DNA of 64,000 nucleotides from a virus: positions 19,838-83,837 of the IMG/VR virus record IMGVR_UViG_3300032220_000872, one strand, 5' to 3'. Position numbers and translations under genes: made by a program. The notes beneath the pieces were generated by a model. That model saw nothing but the letters and a program-made list of their open reading frames with translations, did not search any database and had not been told where the DNA came from. Shown here piece by piece: positions 57,908-64,000 of the stretch. The stretch's first letter is position 1; every line of letters starts with the position of its first letter.

Positions 57908-58281
57908 TTTTTATAATTTCCTTTGTGAGGTATCACATGACGCACACCACCTCTGGGATCTTCCATATCTCCTTTGCGTCTTGGAATCAGATGCACGTGT
58001 GGATACATGCAAGTCTGTCCTGCTGCCTCTCCCACGTTAATGCCAATATTGTAACCATCTATCAATCCTTTTTGAATATTTTCGTTGCCAATCTTCAGTG
58101 CCAATTCAAAACACTTGGTGATATTCTGTTGACTGGCCACCTTGGGTACCAGCAATGCGTGTCCTTCAGTCACAGGATAACCATCCTCGTACCACACACA
58201 ATCTTTTAGATCATATACTATTTTTGACCAAGGAGCTCGGCCTTCTTTCTGTGCTTGTCCCAAAGTATCTGTGGTGTCCAT
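57904..58281 (-). CDS. HIT-family nucleotide hydrolase
   Basis: D.YPVTEGH.L.VPK, GYNIGIN.GEAAGQT..PHVHLIPRR.GD. Confidence 0.9.
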   Translation of the reverse strand: MDTTDTLGQAQKEGRAPWSKIVYDLKDCVWYEDGYPVTEGHALLVPKVASQQNITKCFELALKIGNENIQKGLIDGYNIGINVGEAAGQTCMYPHVHLIPRRKGDMEDPRGGVRHVIPHKGNYKK

Positions 58282-58282
58282 T

Positions 58283-58738
58283 CTACCATTGCTCCCAAGG
58301 AAACACAATCCATCTAGGATCTTCCAGTTTGTTAATCACGTACCCTTTGTAATCTATTTCTTGATAGGTGCTGGCAGTGTTGTGCAGTATGGCAGCAAAT
58401 CGCAATCTTTCAGGCTTGCCAAAATTATTAATGATATAATTCCAAGTGGCTCCTGTGTCATTGATATCATCCAAGATCAACACCCTTTTCTGCCAAGCAT
58501 ACACCTTTTCCAGTGTGCGTAGGTCTGGAATATCTGCGTGATCTCGCAAGCTCACGTTTAATGCTTGATGCGGTATATCCAATTTGTGCGACAGATATAT
58601 GGCTGGTATACAGCCTCCTCTGTTCACACCCAATATCACTTCAGGCAACCATTGCTGATCCGTCAGTTGTTGATGTATGTTCAACAGTGCTGCACGCATC
58701 TGGATCATAGTAAAGTAATTTTTATTGACAGTTTCCAT
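58283..58738 (-). CDS. Type I phosphoribosyltransferase (xanthine-guanine PRT-like)
   Basis: GVNRGG, VLILDDINDTGAT PRPP-binding loop, WIVFPWE. Confidence 0.85.
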   Translation of the reverse strand: METVNKNYFTMIQMRAALLNIHQQLTDQQWLPEVILGVNRGGCIPAIYLSHKLDIPHQALNVSLRDHADIPDLRTLEKVYAWQKRVLILDDINDTGATWNYIINNFGKPERLRFAAILHNTASTYQEIDYKGYVINKLEDPRWIVFPWEQW

Positions 58739-59089
58739 TTAAAAAGGCATTCTCAGTTGCATCTTGTTGTCATAATCATCCACCACAATGTTGTAGATGT
58801 TCTTAAATTTTTGAAACGCAATGTCCAATGTGGGATATTGTTCGCACATCTCTTTCACTCTGTGCATTTCAGGCATGATGTCTTCCCATAAGATAGGCAG
58901 TTTGTAATCTTCAAAATTAACACCTTTCATAGCATCTGCTTCAAAATCAATACCTGTGGTGGTGACTGATGCAGCTCCAAATCCATAGGGCACTGATATG
59001 GTGGTGGCTGATACTGTGTTGGTGCCTGTGTTGGCAGTGTAATTGAAATCTGTTTGATAGACATTTTGTTTGATATTTTTATCTTCCAT
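58739..59089 (-). CDS. Hypothetical phage protein
   Basis: ORF overlapping the GT stop; AAGGA SD. Confidence 0.6.
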   Translation of the reverse strand: MEDKNIKQNVYQTDFNYTANTGTNTVSATTISVPYGFGAASVTTTGIDFEADAMKGVNFEDYKLPILWEDIMPEMHRVKEMCEQYPTLDIAFQKFKNIYNIVVDDYDNKMQLRMPF

Positions 59090-60170
59090 TTGCGATCCTT
59101 TGGTAAAGTTGTTTGCCACTAAAAAAGTTTTCTGCCAATGATATTTTTTGTTTGTGTACCAATGGAGCATATTTCTTGTAGTTGGTCATGTAATCTTCTA
59201 TTTTTCCTTTCAGCAGATGTTTGTGTTTTTGATAGTGCTCCAAAGATTCTGTCCATGCACTGGGATATTTGAACTCTTCATGAGCCATTTCTTTATAACT
59301 TAAACGATCAGGAATCATAGGAATCACTCCCAATACTGCACCTTCATACCAACTGATGCCCAATGTTTCTTGTAAATTAGCACTGAAAATCAGTTTGGCT
59401 TCTGCTAAAAGATTGTGATAGTCATTTTTATTTTTGCACACTTCCAAACAAGTCACAAATTCATACTGTGGCATTTCTTTGGCCAAGTCTTGAAATATAT
59501 TATATTGTTTTTCAGGAGCCAATCTATGAGGAAAAAGAATAATATTCTTTTTTTCAATGTTTTTATAACCTGTGAGATCAGCATCCAAATATTCCATGGG
59601 CCATCCACATCTCACAATCTTGCCTGTGTGAAACATATGGTCCACTGTTTCTTTGTCTGCCATTCTACCCAGATCCATCAAATTGTGTAAAAACATATCG
59701 ATATGGAAATCTGTGGCAAAGTAATTGTGATCAAATGATTCAAACATGCTCTTCTCTGCATGTCGCACCCAAGGTTTATCACCTATCAGTCTGCCCAAAA
59801 AGTCTTGTGGATCATAGGATCCTGCGTGCCACATGCCACCTATTTTAATTTTTACATTCAATAGTTCTGCCATGTACTTGAGTTGCAACACAGTGGGATT
59901 CCAAGCATCTGTGTATAAGAAGTAATCACCATCTTTGATGTCTCCATTGCTGAACATTTCAGCAATCTGTTCCAATTGTCGGCTCTTGTATATGTTGGTG
60001 AATCCAAAGTTTAAAAAAGCACCTGGAGTGGTACTTTTTACAGCATCTCCTCCACTGATTACTTGAACTTCAGTGTTGGTGTGTCTTTTTAATTGAATGG
60101 GTAGATATTTTTTCCATTGCTTGGTATATCTAGTTTCTACTTCTTCTAGATCCACAATATAAATCTTCAT
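59079..60170 (-). CDS. GT-B fold glycosyltransferase (GT4-like)
   Basis: FPHRLAPEK, ETLGISWYEG (Ex7E), HAGSYD. Confidence 0.8.
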   Translation of the reverse strand: MKIYIVDLEEVETRYTKQWKKYLPIQLKRHTNTEVQVISGGDAVKSTTPGAFLNFGFTNIYKSRQLEQIAEMFSNGDIKDGDYFLYTDAWNPTVLQLKYMAELLNVKIKIGGMWHAGSYDPQDFLGRLIGDKPWVRHAEKSMFESFDHNYFATDFHIDMFLHNLMDLGRMADKETVDHMFHTGKIVRCGWPMEYLDADLTGYKNIEKKNIILFPHRLAPEKQYNIFQDLAKEMPQYEFVTCLEVCKNKNDYHNLLAEAKLIFSANLQETLGISWYEGAVLGVIPMIPDRLSYKEMAHEEFKYPSAWTESLEHYQKHKHLLKGKIEDYMTNYKKYAPLVHKQKISLAENFFSGKQLYQRIANGR

Positions 60171-60178
60171 CTTCTGAC

Positions 60179-60580
60179 CTAGTTAATTGTTACAGACTGA
60201 CTGGCTATCCACGTCATTGTGGCACCATTTTCTCCATCTTCACTCACATCAATTGTTACTTCTCTATTGGGATATCTAGCATTGATCTGTTGATAAAGAT
60301 CAGTGGCAATCATTTCACAACTTTTATAATCCAATTCCAATGTGCCTTTGCCATATAAGTTTTCCAACCATCTTTTAAACTGTATAAACTCAATGTCTCT
60401 GTCATCGTGAAACACTTCAATAGCTACCTTAAAATGAAATATGTGTCTGTGAGGATAACCCAAAAAACTCACATCATATTCGTCACCAGTTTTTAATTTT
60501 GGATCTGTTAATGCCGCAGGATATTTGTGCGTGCCTTCTCTACGAAATGTTACCCAAATTTTAGATTTCATATTGCTCAT
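60179..60580 (-). CDS. queD: QueD-like / 6-pyruvoyl-tetrahydropterin synthase T-fold protein
   Basis: H...HRH metal ligands, IEF, SCE.IA, VSED; context with folE/queE. Confidence 0.7.
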   Translation of the reverse strand: MSNMKSKIWVTFRREGTHKYPAALTDPKLKTGDEYDVSFLGYPHRHIFHFKVAIEVFHDDRDIEFIQFKRWLENLYGKGTLELDYKSCEMIATDLYQQINARYPNREVTIDVSEDGENGATMTWIASQSVTIN

Positions 60581-60589
60581 GTGTTTTAG

Positions 60590-60631
60590 TATTTAGGCTT
60601 GTAGTATAACAACTTTTTCAATGGCTGTCAA
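60590..60631 (-). promoter_or_regulatory. Sigma70 promoter TTGACA(60631-60626)-17-TATACT(60608-60603) plus TAAATA (60595-60590)
   Basis: Both elements read on - strand upstream of queD. Confidence 0.75.
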
Positions 60632-61139
60632 TGTCTACAGGATAATCGCCCTTGTATTCACTCCAATCTGTATAGGTTTTTTTGGTCATCAATTTGTCCA
60701 AATCATGTGTCCAAACTCCTGTGTTGGTAGCACCCCACGTGACGTCATCCAACTTGATCACTGTGTTTGAGTTGAATGTTTTGATGTTAGGTATTTTCAC
60801 AGATATCATATTGATAAAATGATGGTTCTTATGCCAATTCATTCTTGATACCATTTCTGCATATTGCACATCATAATCCAATGTGACCCAAAGACCTAAA
60901 TCTAATAATTTGTTGATAATATTATTCCAATCTCTCCAATCTTCTTCTGTCTCTGGAGTAAAACTTTGACTGGTGCCTAAATACACGTGTGCCACAGCAG
61001 TTTTTTGAGTATACCTCACAATGTCCACCACGTTTTGTACACCCACCACAAATAAAGTTATTTGATGTTTCATAGCAGTGTTCTCCACTTCTTTGCCTAT
61101 GAAAAATTTTACTTTTTTTCTCGATTGTGTGTCCAACAT
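60618..61139 (-). CDS. Hypothetical protein embedded in the deazaguanine cluster
   Basis: TAATG-coupled ORF; F.G.EVE.T...TLFVVG, HVYLG..QSF, KLDD..W.ATN.GVW.H. Confidence 0.7.
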   Translation of the reverse strand: MLDTQSRKKVKFFIGKEVENTAMKHQITLFVVGVQNVVDIVRYTQKTAVAHVYLGTSQSFTPETEEDWRDWNNIINKLLDLGLWVTLDYDVQYAEMVSRMNWHKNHHFINMISVKIPNIKTFNSNTVIKLDDVTWGATNTGVWTHDLDKLMTKKTYTDWSEYKGDYPVDIDSH

Positions 61140-62047
61140 TATTTTCTCCAATCTATATACCCTCTGGCATAATTGTTTGATCTATTCACAGCATCCGCAA
61201 ATGCATCACGCCATTCAGTGCTTCTGCTGTAACCTTTGGTCCAAAAATTAGAAACATCCAGTTTGCCTGTGCCGATAAAATCCACTGCTTCACGCATACA
61301 TTCTATGAATTTTTTATTTCTAGGACTGGGAAATCCCACAGTCACAGCATTCCATAACAGATGAGCAAAATTAGTGCGAACGGATTCTGTTTTTTCAGCA
61401 GCCAGTATCAATAATGCTTCAGCATTGAACATATTTTTATCAAACACTTCTGATTTAGTATTCAAATCTATTATAACATCAAACAGTCCTTCAGCATTGT
61501 GGTTAAGTTTTTTACCCCAAAATTCTTTATTATGATTGCCCAACACAGTGACATCAAACTGATAATTTTTTATTTGTAAATAGGTATATACCACATAAGA
61601 TAAAAACCCACTGCCTATGATCAACAATCTATTGCTGTTGCCTGCTTTGTTTTTGATTGCTGTTTCAAACTGTTTGATCACATTGATGCCACAAGCCACA
61701 GGCTCCACAATGTATTTAGGATCTGCTGCGGGTACTTTAACATAAGTTTCAAAATTACAATTGTACTGATCAGCATAGGCAGGTTCTCCTCTGGTGGCCA
61801 CAAAATCTCCCACCTGAACATCGCTCACTTCACTGCCCAAATGTGTTACTTGACCTAATCCTTCATGACCTTGCATATTCAATGGCAATGTTTTGAATTT
61901 ACCCAGCATCATGTCCACATCACTGCGACACACTCCAGTCATAATATTTTTTACTCTAATTTGATCGGGATTTAATTCAGGAATATCTATACTGCCTTCA
62001 TGAAACATGCCATCTCCTTTGGTGTATAACAGTTTAGTTTCAGTCAT
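61139..62047 (-). CDS. Zinc-dependent medium-chain (sugar/alcohol) dehydrogenase
   Basis: GVCRSD, GHEG.G, VGD.V, EPVAC, IIGSGFL. Confidence 0.85.
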   Translation of the reverse strand: MTETKLLYTKGDGMFHEGSIDIPELNPDQIRVKNIMTGVCRSDVDMMLGKFKTLPLNMQGHEGLGQVTHLGSEVSDVQVGDFVATRGEPAYADQYNCNFETYVKVPAADPKYIVEPVACGINVIKQFETAIKNKAGNSNRLLIIGSGFLSYVVYTYLQIKNYQFDVTVLGNHNKEFWGKKLNHNAEGLFDVIIDLNTKSEVFDKNMFNAEALLILAAEKTESVRTNFAHLLWNAVTVGFPSPRNKKFIECMREAVDFIGTGKLDVSNFWTKGYSRSTEWRDAFADAVNRSNNYARGYIDWRK

Positions 62048-62927
62048 TGATTGTGTTATGAATCCAAACATCATGTTCTTTGTGTTGGTTCCAAAACTCC
62101 TCGTTATTAATATTATCGAAAACATTTCGAATCATGTCAGCATAAACTGATTCAGGACACAGTCCTAGTTCAAAACTTTTAACTAATTTTTCTCTCTGAT
62201 AGCAATGGATTGCTCTGTCATCTTTGTCCATGCTGCGCCAATCAGCAGTTAGAATATATTTTTTCTTACCATCATTCAGTGTGATTTCATTCCAATCATC
62301 CACATCATATGTGCCATCTAGATTGACCGAACCATATTCTGTGCTGGTAAGTTGATCCAGTTTCCAATTTTGTTTAACAATATTGCTTTCTATTTGAAAT
62401 TCTTTGTAGTGATTGGGGTTCATATTAATGAATATGCTCAACAGATGTGGCATAAGATCTCTGCTGACTCCACCAAATGATAATTTTTTAGTGGTAAACC
62501 AACTGCCTGGTGCTGGTACTCTATCACGATTGATCCAATTGATATGAATCACTTCTGCTGCTTCTGTTCTAATATGAAACTCTTCTTCCCATGTTCTCCA
62601 CATGTTGTTTTTTATCATTATGAATCTAGTTTGAGGATATGTGAGTTGCAGTGTCTGCCATCTTTTGGAATTGAGTACTCCTGGTTTTTCTACAAATACT
62701 ATTCGGCAATGTTTGGCAATCTTTTGAGCAATCGTATCATGTGTATAGTTGGGAGTGCAGATGAACGCAGCATCCAACTGAGGATGTGCATACAAGGCTG
62801 TGTCAAGATTGGCAAATGTGGCTTGCTTGTTTTGATCTGTGTCCATGGTGATCACTTCATGCCCCAACTGTGTCAAAATTTTTGCATACAGTTGTCCCAT
62901 GCCCAAACCTATCACCAATGTTTTCAT
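62040..62927 (-). CDS. Gfo/Idh/MocA family NAD(P)-dependent oxidoreductase
   Basis: VIGLGMG, ICTPN.TH, FVEKP, GGVSRDLMPH. Confidence 0.85.
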   Translation of the reverse strand: MKTLVIGLGMGQLYAKILTQLGHEVITMDTDQNKQATFANLDTALYAHPQLDAAFICTPNYTHDTIAQKIAKHCRIVFVEKPGVLNSKRWQTLQLTYPQTRFIMIKNNMWRTWEEEFHIRTEAAEVIHINWINRDRVPAPGSWFTTKKLSFGGVSRDLMPHLLSIFINMNPNHYKEFQIESNIVKQNWKLDQLTSTEYGSVNLDGTYDVDDWNEITLNDGKKKYILTADWRSMDKDDRAIHCYQREKLVKSFELGLCPESVYADMIRNVFDNINNEEFWNQHKEHDVWIHNTIND

Positions 62928-63118
62928 GCTTTTAATTGTTTTTTGTATTCTTCAATCTGTGTTTTGATTGCCAGTTTAATTTTTTTGTAATTTTTTAATA
63001 ATGCTTTGCTCTCCCAACTTCTATCATGTTCTCTTTCCTGTTCCATTTCTTCAGTTTTTCTATGATAGTAATCAAATTCGTGTTCTAATTTTTTTAAACT
63101 TTTGTTCTTTTTGCTCAT
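62924..63118 (-). CDS. Small coiled-coil protein (DUF465-like)
   Basis: L..EH/LKK.KL.IK..I pattern; GAGG SD. Confidence 0.55.
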   Translation of the reverse strand: MSKKNKSLKKLEHEFDYYHRKTEEMEQEREHDRSWESKALLKNYKKIKLAIKTQIEEYKKQLKA

Positions 63119-63119
63119 G

Positions 63120-64000
63120 CTATACCTCCTCAAATAAGTTAGAAAATTGTGTTGAAGCATTCACTGTTTTTTTGCCTGTGGCGCCTCTGGTGCCTATGAT
63201 ACTCATCCAAAATCTATTGTATTCCTCAATCACTGCTTCTGCTGTGTCTCTATTGTCTGTGGCAAATATTGCTTCCACTATGTCTTTGAATGCTACTTTA
63301 TCAAACTTTTCTTCTACCAACATGCGTGGAGTTAAACCTGCGTCATACTGTCTGTTGGCTTCCTGCACAGCATTGATGTGTGTCCAAACATTGTGTGCCA
63401 TTTGCAGTGTGTAACTGAATGAATCCCAAGATGTTTTGGGATCACCACCCACTTTGTTTTTATCTCCTGGAGCATAACAAGTGATGTCTTTCAACAGCAA
63501 TCTTTTACTGATAGGACTGTCTTGAAAATTGTCAAATATTTTTTCTTGTAACACAGCATCTTTGAATAATCTTGTGTCACCAGCATATTTTTTATCATCT
63601 ATGCTGGCAGCCATTCTATATGACCATTTTTCTCTGTCTTTGATATCTACTTCTGTGTAAATTTGTCCATTGGCTGATGCTAAGAAAGGTGAAGCACAAT
63701 CAAACGATACAGTAAAGTTTGGATTGTGATATTTTCTTACTGCTCTTTGTATATCTGTCAGCAACACTGCCCATTCCAGTTTGGATGTGCCTAAAAAGTG
63801 CATCCAATCATGAACGCCTTTTTCTAATAAGCCATCAAATCTTAATGCCACCAATCTTTTCAATATGAGATGCACATCACACATGTTTTGACCACCCATT
63901 GCCCAGCCATTAAAGTGAGTTGTGGGATATTTTTTAGGATCACAATAATCTTTCATCTGCTGATACCAATCATCTGCTTGTTGAAAGTTTTCACCTTGCA
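63120..64000 (-). CDS. dpdA: TGT/DpdA-like transglycosylase (7-deazaguanine insertion), 5' truncated
   Basis: Frame is open to the window edge (..QGENFQQADDWYQQMKD); GWAMGG, HFLG and SFDCASP match TGT-fold motifs; clustered with folE/queD/queE. Confidence 0.7.
   Translation of the reverse strand, partial: QGENFQQADDWYQQMKDYCDPKKYPTTHFNGWAMGGQNMCDVHLILKRLVALRFDGLLEKGVHDWMHFLGTSKLEWAVLLTDIQRAVRKYHNPNFTVSFDCASPFLASANGQIYTEVDIKDREKWSYRMAASIDDKKYAGDTRLFKDAVLQEKIFDNFQDSPISKRLLLKDITCYAPGDKNKVGGDPKTSWDSFSYTLQMAHNVWTHINAVQEANRQYDAGLTPRMLVEEKFDKVAFKDIVEAIFATDNRDTAEAVIEEYNRFWMSIIGTRGATGKKTVNASTQFSNLFEEV

Noticed and set aside
63120-64000. Host-like tRNA-guanine transglycosylase for queuosine tRNA modification
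   Set aside because: Highly divergent from bacterial Tgt, lacks the C-terminal CxCxxC zinc site, and no queF/queA/tRNA genes are nearby; a DNA-acting DpdA-type is more plausible, though unproven
1-64000. Stop-codon reassignment (alternative genetic code) as in some jumbo phages
   Set aside because: Standard-code ORFs tile the window densely, and TAA, TAG and TGA all terminate intact genes

Overview
A 64-kb, AT-rich, gene-dense fragment of a large (jumbo/T4-superfamily-like) tailed bacteriophage genome in the standard genetic code. There are three blocks. (1) 1-20.4 kb, + strand: virion module with a >4350-aa 5'-truncated baseplate/tail-associated protein, three paralogous tail-fibre-type genes and smaller structural genes. 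(2) 20.4-46 kb, mixed strands: a ~25-kb tailoring-enzyme island with four glycosyltransferase-like genes, eight radical SAM enzymes, about six 2OG-Fe(II)/cupin oxygenases, a methyltransferase, a QueC-like PP-loop ATPase, an amidinotransferase, a class-III aminotransferase, an SDR, a GNAT-like protein, a fatty-acid desaturase, an SGNH protein and two degenerate kinase-fold proteins. It is largely driven by a recurring TAAATA late-promoter-like motif. (3) 46-64 kb, - strand: an Mtd-N fibre gene, a MoxR-type AAA+/VWA pair, T4-type RNase H, and a 7-deazaguanine DNA-modification region (dpdA/TGT-like, queD, folE, queE). That region is interleaved with a GT-B glycosyltransferase, two sugar-type dehydrogenases, two SGNH proteins, a HIT protein and a PRTase, and carries near-consensus sigma70 promoters. 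The best candidates for an undescribed system are a possibly glycosylated deazaguanine hypermodification pathway and the late-expressed radical SAM/oxygenase/glycosyltransferase cluster. No tRNA, rRNA, CRISPR array or mobile element was recognised. All calls come from motif reading only, with no database searches.
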